The notes below the pieces were generated by a model that saw only the letters and a list, made by a program, of their open reading frames with translations, did no database searches and had not been told where the DNA came from. The position numbers and the translations under genes are program-made. 64,000 bases of DNA from the NCBI GenBank assembly GCA_963755025.1, contig CAVWIH010000013.1:69026-133025 (forward strand). Direction: 5' to 3'. This DNA comes from an uncultured Actinomycetes bacterium (GTDB lineage: Bacteria > Actinomycetota > Thermoleophilia > UBA2241). Shown here piece by piece: positions 37,344 through 48,064 of this stretch; positions within the stretch are counted from its first letter, which is position 1; each line of letters starts with the position of its first letter.

Positions 37344-38924
37344 CTACAGCCCCGTCTCGGCGGCCACCCGGCCCCTCTTGACGCCCGCGGCGAAGTCGGC
37401 GTAGTCGCGCTCGTTCTGGTCGGCGTAGGCGACCGAGAAATCGGCCAGCGCCCGGTCGAAGGCGTCGCCCTTGCCCAGGTACGAGGCGATGGCGATACGG
37501 TCGCCCAGGCGCGCGTGGGCCCGCGCCAGCGTGGCCGCACACATGCGTCCGTAGAGGACCGCACCCGGCACGCGCAGGGTGTCGACGTCGATGCCGCCCT
37601 TCCAGTCGTGGAGCTGGCGCACGTAGTAGTCGCGACTCACGCCGTCGACGCCCCTGACACGCACGAACCCCAGGAAGATGTCGCTGGCCGCCTGCATGAG
37701 GCGCTGGCCGACGACCACGCGCTGCGCGTGGTTGTCGTAAGGACTCCTGCCGAGGAAGCGCTCGAGGACCGACGCGGTGGCCTCCTTGGATTGCAGGAAC
37801 AGCGGGTCTTCGTCGTCGCGGCCCACGAACAGGTGGATCCAGGCGCGCATGCCGACGCTGCCCACGCCCACGACCTTGCGCGCGCTGTGCAGGTAGCGGA
37901 ACTCCTCGATCGGATGGCGCCGCCGCATGAGCGTCTGGCGGTAGGAGCGGATGAGCTCGTCGAAGACGGCGCGCACGTCGTCCCAGCCGGTGCCCGGCAG
38001 GACGAGGTCCTCGATGGGCACGATCAGCGGCGGCTCGGCGACGATCTGCAGCTCGTCTTCGACGATGCCGGTGCGCTTGGCAAAGACGCGCATGCTGTCG
38101 CGGGTGCGGGCCTTGGCGACGTCCTGGGCGCCCTCTTTGGCCTCGCGCTTGCCCAGGCGCTTCTCGCGCACCTCGGTCGCCATCCAGGCGACCACGTCGT
38201 CGGCGTTCATGTGGGCATACCAGACGTCGAGCGCCGGCATGTCGGCCGCGTGCCGCATGACGTCGCGGTACTCGCGCACGGCCGCCATGACGACGTCGCG
38301 CCGCGCGGCGGGCTCGAAGCCGCGGTCGCGCCCGGCGATCTCGAGGCTGGCGGCGAGCCGCTTCACGTCCCACTCCCATGGGCCCGGCAGGGTCTCGTCG
38401 AAGTCGTTGACGTCGAAGATGACCTGCCGCTCGGGCGAGCCGAAGAGGCCGAAGTTCAGCACGTGCGCATCGCCGCAGAGCTGCACCGTCAGGCCGGAAC
38501 GCGGGGTCGGGGCGAGGTCGGCGGCCATGACGAGCGCGGCGCCGCGAAAGAACGTGAACGGGCTGATCAGCATGCGCCCGTAGCGGATGGGCACGAGCTC
38601 GGGCACGCGGATCTCGTCCTGGCTCTGCAGCAGCGCGAGCGGGTCGGGCCGGTCTGACGCCACGCGCCAGTCGCCGTGGCTCGAGCGCGGCGCTTCGCGC
38701 CGCGCGGCGCGGCCCAGCACGACGCGCTTGCCGACGCTCAACTGCACGAACTCGGGCAGCGGCTCGTCGGGCGGGACGAGCGGCGGCACGGCGTGGGGAA
38801 GGGGCGGCCGGCCGGCCGGGCGCCGCGCCGTCGCTCGGGCCTGCCGACCGGGCGTCGAGGCGGTCTTGCGGACGCGTCGCGGCCGGTCCGGCCCGGCCGC
38901 GGCGTCGTCAGGCCGCGAGTCCAC
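37344..38924 (-). CDS. DUF2252 family protein (kinase-like fold)
   Basis: SPFTFFRGAA, CGDAHVLNFG, NDFDE, WEWDVKRL, KVVGVGSVG. Confidence 0.92.
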   Translation of the reverse strand: MDSRPDDAAAGPDRPRRVRKTASTPGRQARATARRPAGRPPLPHAVPPLVPPDEPLPEFVQLSVGKRVVLGRAARREAPRSSHGDWRVASDRPDPLALLQSQDEIRVPELVPIRYGRMLISPFTFFRGAALVMAADLAPTPRSGLTVQLCGDAHVLNFGLFGSPERQVIFDVNDFDETLPGPWEWDVKRLAASLEIAGRDRGFEPAARRDVVMAAVREYRDVMRHAADMPALDVWYAHMNADDVVAWMATEVREKRLGKREAKEGAQDVAKARTRDSMRVFAKRTGIVEDELQIVAEPPLIVPIEDLVLPGTGWDDVRAVFDELIRSYRQTLMRRRHPIEEFRYLHSARKVVGVGSVGMRAWIHLFVGRDDEDPLFLQSKEATASVLERFLGRSPYDNHAQRVVVGQRLMQAASDIFLGFVRVRGVDGVSRDYYVRQLHDWKGGIDVDTLRVPGAVLYGRMCAATLARAHARLGDRIAIASYLGKGDAFDRALADFSVAYADQNERDYADFAAGVKRGRVAAETGL

Positions 38925-39711
38925 CGTGCTCCTTCAGCTGCTCGAGCATGGCGCGAAAACCGGCGTCGTCGGGAAGCTCGAACGGCGCCTCGGCGGGCAG
39001 GGCGGCAAGGTGCTCGCAGAGCACGTCGATCTGCCCCCTGACCGGCTCGCCGTGGGTGGCCAGGACGAGCTCGGGGGCGAGCGCGCGCACACTCGCGACG
39101 GCGCTCGCAAAACGGGCCGGGTCGACGTCGTGCACCCATGCCGAGTTGGCGCTCATGAAGATCGACGAACCCCGCTGGTAGACCGGGTCGCGGGCGTCGC
39201 ACACGGCGGTCGGCTCGGGCACGAGCGCGCCGAAGCAGTCGGCCGAGAACAGGCTGCGGGTCGTCTCGTCGAAGTAGGCGACGGTGGCCGACGAGTCGAA
39301 GACCGGGGGCCGCAGGCAGGCGAAGCGCCGCTCGCCGAGCAGCAGGGGCTCGCCCGGTGTGGCGATGCGCACGCGTTCGGGGGTGGTGAGGTCGGGCCGG
39401 GCGATCTTGAGCATGGCCAGAAAGCTGAGCACGAGGCGCGCCTTGGGCGCGGCCGCGAGCATGGCCTCGAGATTGCCGGCGTGGTCCAGGTCTTCGTGGG
39501 TGATCAAGATCCAGCGCAGCTCGGCGGGGTCGATCTGCGCGCGCAGCGCCTCGACGAAGCCCGCGGTCTCGGTGTAGAGGCCGGTCTCGACTAGGATCGG
39601 CTCGCGCGCCTTGATGAGGTAGGCGTGCACGGGCAGGTAGCCGAGTGGCCCTCCGGACTCGTGGTGCGAGAGCACGACGATGTCTTCGCGTGCCGCATAC
39701 GACGTGTCCAT
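38908..39711 (-). CDS. MBL-fold protein (FDP/ODP-like di-iron subgroup)
   Basis: THEDLDHAG, LFSADCFG, ATHG; RBS GGAGG. Confidence 0.85.
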   Translation of the reverse strand: MDTSYAAREDIVVLSHHESGGPLGYLPVHAYLIKAREPILVETGLYTETAGFVEALRAQIDPAELRWILITHEDLDHAGNLEAMLAAAPKARLVLSFLAMLKIARPDLTTPERVRIATPGEPLLLGERRFACLRPPVFDSSATVAYFDETTRSLFSADCFGALVPEPTAVCDARDPVYQRGSSIFMSANSAWVHDVDPARFASAVASVRALAPELVLATHGEPVRGQIDVLCEHLAALPAEAPFELPDDAGFRAMLEQLKEHGGLAA

Positions 39712-39855
39712 GAGGCCTCCCCGGTCGTCTGGCCGTCTCGCGCGGCCGCCCGTCGGGCGCCGCGACGTTACCACTCCCGGCGTGTCATGTAACCGCACCC
39801 GGGCGAGTGCGAAACCATTGCCCGGCAGTCCCGCGACCCTGCGAGCCCTGCGGCC

Positions 39856-41226
39856 TTACGACCCCACGACGGGCGGCTTGAGGGAGCCCTCGAGCGAGGT
39901 CTCGGGCGGCTCGGGGTGCGCGGCCGGCGCGCTCGCCCGGTCGGCAGGGCCGCGACCGAGCCGCAGCAGGGCGAAGCCCAGCGCCCCGGCGAGGCCGGCG
40001 ACGGCCACGACGAGGAACGCGCGCCGGGGCCCCAGCAGGTCGATGGCGTAGCCGCCGCAGAGCGGGCCCAGCGCATAGCCGCCCAGGTAGACGATGGTCC
40101 AGGCGCCCATGTAGCGGCCGCGCAGCGCGACCGGCGCAAAGGCGGCGACGATCGCCGAGGCGACGGGGATCAGCACGACGACGCCCAGGCTGACCAGCAG
40201 GATGAGCGCCACGCTCGCCCAGCCCCAGGGCAGGAGCGGCGAGAGGCCGAGCCCCACGCCGATCAGCGCGCTCGCTCCCGCGAGCAGCAGCAGCGGGTCC
40301 CAGCGCCGCGTGAGCCGCACGACGGGGTACTGCAGCACGCTGAGCCCCAGCGCGTAGACGAGCAGCAGGCGCGCCCACTGGCCGGCGGCGATGCCGTGCG
40401 CCTGCTCCATCGCCACCGGGAACGTTGAGACGATCTGGCCGAACCCATACAGGGGCAGCAGCGCGACGCCGCACAGGGCCAGGAACCGCCTGTCGTGCAG
40501 GATCTGGGCGTAGCCGGCGGCGGCCGGGCTGTGCCCGGCCGCCGCCGGCCTCGTCTCGCGTATCGCGCCCAGGATGATCACCACGAACACCAGGCCGACG
40601 CCGCCGCCTACCGCGAAGAGCAGGCGAAAGTCGGGGTGCGGGCCAAGGAAGGCGAGCGCGATCAGCGGTCCGCCCACCATGGAGGCGTTGATCGCCGTGC
40701 GCACGATGCTGAAGCCCTCGGCGCGGCGGCCCGCGCTCGTCAGGTCGGTGACCATGGCGTTGGTCGCCGTGAGGAACATCGACCAGCCGAAGGCCGCCTC
40801 GATCATGACCACGATGACGACCTGCAGCAGGCTGTGCGAGAGGGCCAGGCCGATGTACAGGGTGGCGCTGCCGCAGACCGACAACGCCAGCACGCCGCGT
40901 CTGCCGAAGCGGTCGGCAAAGGCGCCGCCGGCGATCTGGAAGGGCAGGCCGAGCAGGCCGGTGAGGCCCAGGATCAGACCGACCAGGCCCATCGAGATAT
41001 GCAGGCTGCCGTGCAGGAACAGCGTCTCGAACGGATAGCACATGTCGACGCCGACGACGTACACGAGGATGCCGCCGGTCAGCAGCCAGAACTGCGGGGG
41101 GAACTCACGGAGGCTGTGGGGCGCGTGCGCGACGGGGCGCCTCACCGGCTCACCCGCCCCCTTCGCATGTGCACGCCACCATGCTCGCGAGTATATCGCC
41201 GCGCCGGCGACGCCGCGGGCGCGCAT
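39856..41226 (-). CDS. MFS transporter
   Basis: GAFADRFGRR motif A, 12 TM; start uncertain. Confidence 0.88.
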   Translation of the reverse strand: MRARGVAGAAIYSRAWWRAHAKGAGEPVRRPVAHAPHSLREFPPQFWLLTGGILVYVVGVDMCYPFETLFLHGSLHISMGLVGLILGLTGLLGLPFQIAGGAFADRFGRRGVLALSVCGSATLYIGLALSHSLLQVVIVVMIEAAFGWSMFLTATNAMVTDLTSAGRRAEGFSIVRTAINASMVGGPLIALAFLGPHPDFRLLFAVGGGVGLVFVVIILGAIRETRPAAAGHSPAAAGYAQILHDRRFLALCGVALLPLYGFGQIVSTFPVAMEQAHGIAAGQWARLLLVYALGLSVLQYPVVRLTRRWDPLLLLAGASALIGVGLGLSPLLPWGWASVALILLVSLGVVVLIPVASAIVAAFAPVALRGRYMGAWTIVYLGGYALGPLCGGYAIDLLGPRRAFLVVAVAGLAGALGFALLRLGRGPADRASAPAAHPEPPETSLEGSLKPPVVGS

Positions 41227-41329
41227 AAACGCTTCGCCGACATGCCGTCGAGGGTACATGGCGACCGTCGGCCGCCGGTCTGCTACCATCGCGTGCCGAC
41301 GCTACTCCGCGTCGTTGTCCACGGAGGCC

Positions 41330-42772
41330 ATGCTTGTGAACGTCCGCCTAGTCGAGCCCGAGGCGCCGAGCCTGCATCTGTGGTCGCCGCTGCGCTACCC
41401 GCGGCTCGGCCTGCCCATGATCGGCGCGGCGCTCACGCGCGCCGGCCACGAGGTGCGCATCTACTGCGCCTGCGTGGCGCCGATCGACTGGCACGACGTG
41501 GCGTCGGCCGATCTCGTGGGCATCTCGTCGACGACCTCGACGGCGCCGGCCGCCTACGCCCTCGCCGCGCGGCTGCGCGAGCGGGGCGTGCCCACCGTGA
41601 TCGGCGGTTCGCACGTCACCTTCGTCGCCGACGAGGCGCTCGAGCACGCCGACTTCGTGGCGCGCGGCGAGGGCGGCGAAGCGCTCATGCTCGAGCTGAT
41701 CGACGCCCTGCAGGGCGGTCGCGAGCTCGACACGATCGCCGGTCTGTCGTTCAGCCGCGACGGCCGCCACGTGCACAACGAGGCGCGCGAGCCGGCGGCC
41801 GACTTAGACGAGCTGCCGGTGCCCGACCTGAGCCTGATCGCGGGTCACGAGCGCCTCAAGTCGACGCCCATCATGACGAGCTGGGGCTGCCCGTTCGCCT
41901 GCAACTTCTGCTCCGTGACGGCCATGTTCGGCCGCAAGTACCGGTACCGCAGCCCCGAGGCGGTGGTCGCCGAGCTCGCCGATAAGAAGCCCCACCACGT
42001 CTTCTTCTACGACGACAACTTCGCCGCCGACAAGCGGCGGCTGAAGACGCTGCTGCGCCTGATGATCGACCGCGGCCTGACCGTGTCGTGGCAGGCCCAG
42101 ATGCGCACCGACGCCACGCGCGACGACGAGCTGCTCGACCTCATGCGGCGGTCCGGCTGTCACCGCGTGGCCCTGGGTCTGGAGTCGGTCGACCAGGCGA
42201 CCCTCGACGGCTTCCACAAGTCGCAGACGGTGGCCGACGTGGTCACCGCCATCCGTCGCCTGCACGACTACGGCATCGACTGCCACGGCATGTTCGTGCT
42301 GGGCTCCGAGACCGACACCGACAAGACGGTGGCCGACACCGTGCGCTTTGCCCTGGAGCACGGCATCGACACCCTGATGCTCAACATCCTCACGCCGGCC
42401 CCCGGCACGCGACAGTTCGCCGACATGGAGGCCGAGGGGCGCATCTTCGAGCGCGACTGGAGCCTCTACGACGGGCAGCACGTGGTCTTCACGCCGCAGC
42501 AGCTCACGCCGCGCGACCTGCAGGCCGACGTGCTGCGCGGCTACGCGCGCTTCTACTCGCTGCACCGCTTGCTGGGCAACGTCGTGCGCTTGCGGTTCCT
42601 CGACGTGCGCGACAGCGCCTGGTGCTTCTGGTTCGTCAGGCTGTGGCGCTGGGTGGCCTTCAACCGCGCCTACCTCGAACGACTCGCGGGGCGGCCGTCG
42701 GGCGCCGACGGCGAGCGCGGCGCGCGGCGCCCCGAAGCCAAGCCCGCCGGCAGCGTGGCCACGCGCCCCTGA
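41330..42772 (+). CDS. B12-binding domain radical SAM protein
   Basis: PRLGL, IGGSHVT, RGEG cobalamin domain; CPFACNFC; FFYDDNF, GLES. Confidence 0.92.
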   Translation: MLVNVRLVEPEAPSLHLWSPLRYPRLGLPMIGAALTRAGHEVRIYCACVAPIDWHDVASADLVGISSTTSTAPAAYALAARLRERGVPTVIGGSHVTFVADEALEHADFVARGEGGEALMLELIDALQGGRELDTIAGLSFSRDGRHVHNEAREPAADLDELPVPDLSLIAGHERLKSTPIMTSWGCPFACNFCSVTAMFGRKYRYRSPEAVVAELADKKPHHVFFYDDNFAADKRRLKTLLRLMIDRGLTVSWQAQMRTDATRDDELLDLMRRSGCHRVALGLESVDQATLDGFHKSQTVADVVTAIRRLHDYGIDCHGMFVLGSETDTDKTVADTVRFALEHGIDTLMLNILTPAPGTRQFADMEAEGRIFERDWSLYDGQHVVFTPQQLTPRDLQADVLRGYARFYSLHRLLGNVVRLRFLDVRDSAWCFWFVRLWRWVAFNRAYLERLAGRPSGADGERGARRPEAKPAGSVATRP

Positions 42773-42872
42773 GCTGGCTCCGGCTCAGGGTCGGGCGCCG
42801 GGCATGGCGGCGAGGCGCCGATCGTCGGCCGTCGGGGTTGCCGCTTCTGCTCGGGAGCGGTAGAACCATCTC

Positions 42873-43913
42873 GTGACCAGTCGTGACCGCCAATCGTCTG
42901 TCGTGCGTCCCGGCCGGACCAGGTTCGGGGGACGCCGCGCCAGAGCGGCGGCCGCGGCCGGTGCGCGGCGCGCCGTGGCCGCGGCCGTGCCGCGCACCGC
43001 ACCCGCGCCGAGCGCCACCGGCGCCGAGCGCGGGACCGCCGCCTATCACCGCAAGACCTTCGTGGCGCTGGCCGTGACCATCGTCTCGTCCGCCTCGGTC
43101 TTTGCCGGGGTGCGCGCCGGCCTGCGCGGGTACGGCCCGTTCCAGCTCGTCGCCTTTCGCTTCATCCTCGCCTCGCTGCTGCTGCTCGCCCTGGCGCGGC
43201 CGCTGGGCGTAGGGCGGCCGCGGCTGCGCGACCTGCCCGCTCTGCTGGCCCTGGGCTTCTGCGGCATCGGCGTCTACCAGGTGGCCCTGGCGATCGGCGA
43301 GCAGCACGTCTCGGCGAGCGTCTCGAGCATGATCGTCGCCAGCCAGACGATCATGGCGATCGGCCTCGCCACCGTCTTTCTGGGCGAGCGCCTCACGGGC
43401 CTCGGATGGCTCGGCGCCCTGGTGGGCTTCGTCGGCGTGGCGATCATCTCGGTCGGTCACGGCGGCGGCCTGCACTTCGACGTCCAGGTGCTGTGGCCGC
43501 TGCTGGCGGCGCTCGGGTCGAGCGTCTACTTCGTCTTCCAGAAGCCGCTGCTGCGGCGCTACACGGCCTTTGAGATGACCACCTGGTGCATCTGGGCGGG
43601 CACGATCTTCGTGCTGCCCTGGGCCTGGCAGCTGCCCTCGCAGATCGCGCGCGCCGACTGGGCGGCCACGGCGTCGGTGTTCTACCTGGCGGCGATCCCC
43701 GGCGTGGTCTCCTACCTCGCCTGGATCTACGCGCTGGCGCGGGCGCCGGCCTCGCTGGTCGTCAACGCGCTGTGCCTGATCCCGCCCGTGGCGGTCGTCA
43801 TCGCGTTCGCCTGGCTGGGCGAGCGGCCCACGGCCCTCGAGCTGCTCGGCGGCCTCGTCACCGTGGTGGGGGTCGCGCTGGTCGGCCTGCGCGGGTCGCC
43901 GGCGAGCGGCTGA
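42873..43913 (+). CDS. DMT/EamA family transporter
   Basis: 10 TM, FLGERL and WLGERP repeats; true start may be about 100 nt downstream. Confidence 0.88.
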   Translation: MTSRDRQSSVVRPGRTRFGGRRARAAAAAGARRAVAAAVPRTAPAPSATGAERGTAAYHRKTFVALAVTIVSSASVFAGVRAGLRGYGPFQLVAFRFILASLLLLALARPLGVGRPRLRDLPALLALGFCGIGVYQVALAIGEQHVSASVSSMIVASQTIMAIGLATVFLGERLTGLGWLGALVGFVGVAIISVGHGGGLHFDVQVLWPLLAALGSSVYFVFQKPLLRRYTAFEMTTWCIWAGTIFVLPWAWQLPSQIARADWAATASVFYLAAIPGVVSYLAWIYALARAPASLVVNALCLIPPVAVVIAFAWLGERPTALELLGGLVTVVGVALVGLRGSPASG

Positions 43914-44118
43914 CGCGGGGCAGCGCTCGCCCGCCGAAGAGGCCGACGCGGGACCGCGCCCGCCCGCCGGGGCGGCGGGACGGCGCGTGGTGCGGCGCGG
44001 CGTGGTCTGTCGCCAAGCAGGCTTTTGGCGTACCGTTGCAGAAGATGTTGCGCAGCCTTGGGGTCGGCAGGCACCGCTCGTCGCGGGCCGCCGGGGTTGC
44101 GCATTCGGGGAGGGTCGC

Positions 44119-44769
44119 ATGGTCAAGACGACGCGCTTTCGCAGGGCGGTGCGTGGCTTCGCCCGCGGTGGCGCCGCCACGCCGCTGGTCTCGATCCTCG
44201 AGGGTCAACTCGCCGAGACCATCACGGCCTGCCGTCTGGCGCGCGCGGTAGCCGCCGGCACGACCGCACCCAGCGCCGCCCACGACGAGATGGCCGAGAT
44301 CGCGCAGCGCGGCGACACGCTGCGCAACGACCTGGTGGTCAAGCTGGCCGGCGTGCAGGCCGCTCCCATCGACCGCGAAGACCTCTTTCGGCTGTCGCGC
44401 TCCATCGACGAGGTGCTCGACAACCTGCGCGACTTCGTGCGCGAGTGGGACCTCTACGGCATCGCCCCCACCGACACGTACCTGGGTCTGCTCGACGCCA
44501 CGGCGGTCGGCGTCGACGACCTGCGCGGCGCCGTGCAGACCATCGCCCGCGACCCCAAAGACACAAGCCAGGCGGCCCTGGCGTGCAAAAAGTCGGCCAA
44601 CGAGATCAGGCGCCTCTACGACGAGCAGCTCGGCGCGCTCTTTCGCGGCGAACTCACCATGGAGGTGCTCAAGGTCCGTGAGCTGCTGCGCCGACTCGAC
44701 GTCGTGGGCCTGCGCCTGAACGAGGCGGCCGACGTGCTGTCCGATGCGGCAGTCAAGCGTCGTGCTTAA
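44119..44769 (+). CDS. DUF47 family (PhoU-like) protein
   Basis: APIDREDLFRLSRSIDEVLD signature; RBS GGAGG. Confidence 0.88.
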   Translation: MVKTTRFRRAVRGFARGGAATPLVSILEGQLAETITACRLARAVAAGTTAPSAAHDEMAEIAQRGDTLRNDLVVKLAGVQAAPIDREDLFRLSRSIDEVLDNLRDFVREWDLYGIAPTDTYLGLLDATAVGVDDLRGAVQTIARDPKDTSQAALACKKSANEIRRLYDEQLGALFRGELTMEVLKVRELLRRLDVVGLRLNEAADVLSDAAVKRRA

Positions 44770-44964
44770 CAGCCGAAGGCATCTCCCGGCCCAGCGCCCA
44801 CGAACGGGGCCAACCTTGCCCCGTGCCTGAGTACGTGATAAGAACGGTGAGGGGCTCACGAAACTCTGGCCGTGCACTCACACCATCCACACACGCGGCC
44901 GCGACGATTCGCGAGCGGTCCTACGACCGGCAGTGTTCGCACACATAGGCGCAGGAGGGAACGT

Positions 44965-46167
44965 ATGAGTGAGGAGCAGCTTCCAGGCTTCGAGAAACCA
45001 GGCATCACCCGACGGCAGTTCGTGCAGCGCGGCGCGGTAGGCGCCGTGGGTCTTGCGGGCATCGGCGCCATTCCGGCCCTGCTGGCCGCCTGCGGCTCTT
45101 CGAGCCCGAGCAGCAGCTCTTCGTCGACGCCGGTAGCGGCCACGACCGCGCTTCCGGCCGGTGGCATCGCCGACCTCGAAGCGGCGGCCAAGGCCGAGGG
45201 CAAGATCAACACCATCGCCCTGCCGCCCGACTGGGCCAACTACGGGGCGATCATCAGCGGGTTCCAGGCGAAGTACGGGATCACCGTCAACAACGCCAAC
45301 CCCAACGGCACGTCGGCCCAGGAGAACCAGGCGATCACGACCCTCAAGGGTCAGTCGCGCGCGCCCGACGTGGTCGACGTCGGTCCGTCGTTCGCCGCTT
45401 CCGGCAAGGCCAGCGGCCTCTACACGCCGTACTTCGTGCAGACCTGGGCCACGATCCCCGACAGCATGAAAGACCCGGCCGGCTACTGGTACGGCGACTA
45501 CTACGGCGTGATCTCGTTCGGCACCAACACTAACGTGCAGAAGACTCCGCCGCAGGACTGGTCCGATCTTCTCAACCCGCGCTACAAGGGCCAGATCGCG
45601 ATCGACGGCGACCCGCGCTCGGCCAACGACGCCTTCTCGGCCGTCATGGCCGCGTCGCTCGCCAACGGCGGCTCGCTCGACGACATCGAGCCGGGCATCA
45701 ACTTCTTCGCCAAGCTCAAGAAGGCCGGCAACTACATCCCGGCCGACGCCCTGCCGGCCAACATCGCCAAGGGCTCCACGCCGATCGCCATCATCTGGGA
45801 CTACCTGAACCTGGCCAACAAGAAGAGCTTCGCCGGCAACCCGCCCTATACCGTGTCGATCCCCAAGACCGGCGTCTACGGCGGCTTCTACTGCCAGGCG
45901 ATCAGCGCCACCGCTCCCAACCCGCAGGCGGCGCGCCTCTGGCAGGAATACATCTACTCCGACGTGGGCCAGCTGCTCTACCTGGCCGGCTTCACGCACC
46001 CGGCGCGGTACGCCGACCTTGCCAAGCGCAACGTCATTCCCGCGGCGCTGGCCGCCACGCTGCCTCCGGCCAGCGAGTACGCCGGTATCCAGTTCGCCAC
46101 GCAGGACCAGCTCACGGCCGCGACCAAGGTCCTCACCGAGCAGTGGGGCCCGAAGGTCGCCAGCTGA
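44965..46167 (+). CDS. ABC substrate-binding lipoprotein (polyamine/thiamine/iron class), Tat signal
   Basis: TRRQFVQ twin-arginine motif, LAAC lipobox, DWANYG, PQDWSDLL. Confidence 0.9.
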   Translation: MSEEQLPGFEKPGITRRQFVQRGAVGAVGLAGIGAIPALLAACGSSSPSSSSSSTPVAATTALPAGGIADLEAAAKAEGKINTIALPPDWANYGAIISGFQAKYGITVNNANPNGTSAQENQAITTLKGQSRAPDVVDVGPSFAASGKASGLYTPYFVQTWATIPDSMKDPAGYWYGDYYGVISFGTNTNVQKTPPQDWSDLLNPRYKGQIAIDGDPRSANDAFSAVMAASLANGGSLDDIEPGINFFAKLKKAGNYIPADALPANIAKGSTPIAIIWDYLNLANKKSFAGNPPYTVSIPKTGVYGGFYCQAISATAPNPQAARLWQEYIYSDVGQLLYLAGFTHPARYADLAKRNVIPAALAATLPPASEYAGIQFATQDQLTAATKVLTEQWGPKVAS

Positions 46168-46224
46168 TCTGGTTGACGGAGGAGAAGCAGTGCGCAGCCA
46201 GTGTGAGCGGCAGGTAACGAGGGC

Positions 46225-47184
46225 ATGACCGACGACGTCGTCGCACAGCAGCAAGACGACGCCCTGACGGCACTCGAGACCCCCGCTCCGCTGGCGCCGA
46301 GCGAACGTGTGGGGCGCCCGCGCCGGGCCGGTAAGGGCCGGCGCGGGCGCCTCGCGTGGCTCGGTGTCGTGCCCTTCTTCGCTTACGCGGCGTTCTTCAT
46401 GGCCGTGCCGGTCGTCGCTCTCGTCATCAAGACCTTCCAGACGCCGAGCGGCGCCTTCACGATGAGCCAGGTGCGGGCCCTGTTCTCTGGGCAGTACCGC
46501 CAGGCCTTCATCGCCAGCATCCAGGTGAGCGTCGTGAGCGCCGTGATCGGCACGCTGTTCGGCTTGTTCGTCGCTTACGCCGCCGTGCACGGCCGCGGTC
46601 CGCGCTGGATCCAGCCGCTGCTCACCACGTTCTCCGGCGTGGCCTCGAACTTCGCCGGCATCCCACTGGCCTTCGCCTTTATCGCCACACTCGGCCCGAC
46701 CGGTATCGTCACCGTGCTGCTCGCCGATCTGGGCCTCCACATCTACGCGCACGGTTTTGCGATCTACAGCCTGTTCGGCCTGTCGCTCGTCTACGTCTAC
46801 TTCCAGCTTCCGCTCATGATCCTCGTCATCGCCCCATCGCTCGAAGGGTTGCGCAAAGAGTGGCGCGAGGCCGCCGAGAACCTCGGGGCGACACAGCGGC
46901 AGTATTGGTGGCACGTGGGCTTGCCGGTGCTCCTGCCCAGCCTCGCGGGTGCGTTTGTCCTGCTCTTCGGCAACGCCTTCAGCGCGTACGCCACGCCCTA
47001 CGCCCTGGCGAGCGGCGGCATCACGCTGGTACCGATCCTCATCGGCTCGGTGCTGTCGGGCAACGTCGTGATCAGCAACCCGCGCCTGGGCGACTCGCTC
47101 GCCTTTGGCATGATCGTGATCGTCGGTATCACCGTGCTTCTCTACTCCCTGCTGCAACGGCGGTCGGCAAAATGGCTGAGGTAG
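46225..47184 (+). CDS. ABC transporter permease
   Basis: EAAENLGA loop, 6 TM. Confidence 0.92.
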   Translation: MTDDVVAQQQDDALTALETPAPLAPSERVGRPRRAGKGRRGRLAWLGVVPFFAYAAFFMAVPVVALVIKTFQTPSGAFTMSQVRALFSGQYRQAFIASIQVSVVSAVIGTLFGLFVAYAAVHGRGPRWIQPLLTTFSGVASNFAGIPLAFAFIATLGPTGIVTVLLADLGLHIYAHGFAIYSLFGLSLVYVYFQLPLMILVIAPSLEGLRKEWREAAENLGATQRQYWWHVGLPVLLPSLAGAFVLLFGNAFSAYATPYALASGGITLVPILIGSVLSGNVVISNPRLGDSLAFGMIVIVGITVLLYSLLQRRSAKWLR

Positions 47185-47188
47185 CCCG

Positions 47189-48055
47189 ATGAGCGCGGCC
47201 GGGACCCAAGCCGCCGCGAACCCGCCCGCTGTCGTCGAACACAGGCCGGGGCGCGCGCACGGCAAGCGCCAGCATATGTCGTTCTGGACCTGGTTCTGGC
47301 TCATCATGGCGGCGCTGTACTTTCTCGTGCCGCTCTTCTCGACCTTGTTGGTCAGCCTCGACGTCGGCCCGCACCAGTACGGGTTGAAGTGGTACGCGAA
47401 GACGTTCAGCGATCCCCAGTTCAGGTCGACCCTCGTGATCTCGCTCAAGATCGCCGCCGAGACCGTGGTCATCAGCATGCTGCTCATGGTGCCGACGGTC
47501 TACTGGATCCACCTGCGCCTGCCGCAGCTCCGCCCGGTCATGGATATCATCTCGATCCTGCCGTTCGTGGTGCCGCCGGTCGCCTTGGTGGTCGGGCTCT
47601 CGGGCGCCTTCCAAGTCATGCCCTGGCTGCTCAGTAACTGGTGGCTGATCCTGCCGCTCGTCTACGTGATCCTGGCGCTGCCGTTCACCTATCGCTCGCT
47701 CGACGCCGGCATGCGGGCCATCGACGTGCGTACGCTGACTGAGGCGGCCCAGAGCTGCGGCGCGCCCGGCTGGAAGACACTCCTGTTCGTCATCTTGCCG
47801 AACATCCGGACCGCGATGCTCGCAGGCGCGTTCCTTACCCTGGCGATCGTGATGGGCGAGTACACGATCTCGAGCCTCCTGCTCTTCAACACGTTCGCCG
47901 TCTACATCTACTATATTGGCAATACCCAGGCATACCAGGCTTCGGCCCTTGCGATCATCAGCTTCTCGCTGACGTGGGGCGCCATGATGGTCCTGTTCCT
48001 CGTGTCGCGCCGACGTGGCGGCGGCATGGGGCAGGGCGCGGCGATCAGCCGGTGA
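47189..48055 (+). CDS. ABC transporter permease
   Basis: EAAQSCGA loop, 6 TM. Confidence 0.92.
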   Translation: MSAAGTQAAANPPAVVEHRPGRAHGKRQHMSFWTWFWLIMAALYFLVPLFSTLLVSLDVGPHQYGLKWYAKTFSDPQFRSTLVISLKIAAETVVISMLLMVPTVYWIHLRLPQLRPVMDIISILPFVVPPVALVVGLSGAFQVMPWLLSNWWLILPLVYVILALPFTYRSLDAGMRAIDVRTLTEAAQSCGAPGWKTLLFVILPNIRTAMLAGAFLTLAIVMGEYTISSLLLFNTFAVYIYYIGNTQAYQASALAIISFSLTWGAMMVLFLVSRRRGGGMGQGAAISR

Positions 48056-48064
48056 GGAGCGACT

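Noticed and set aside
44026-44040. Sigma54 promoter upstream of DUF47
   Set aside because: GG-N9-GC spacing instead of the required N10
44770-44964. Riboswitch (for example TPP) ahead of the ABC operon
   Set aside because: No conserved aptamer core recognisable by eye; an Rfam scan would be needed to exclude it fully
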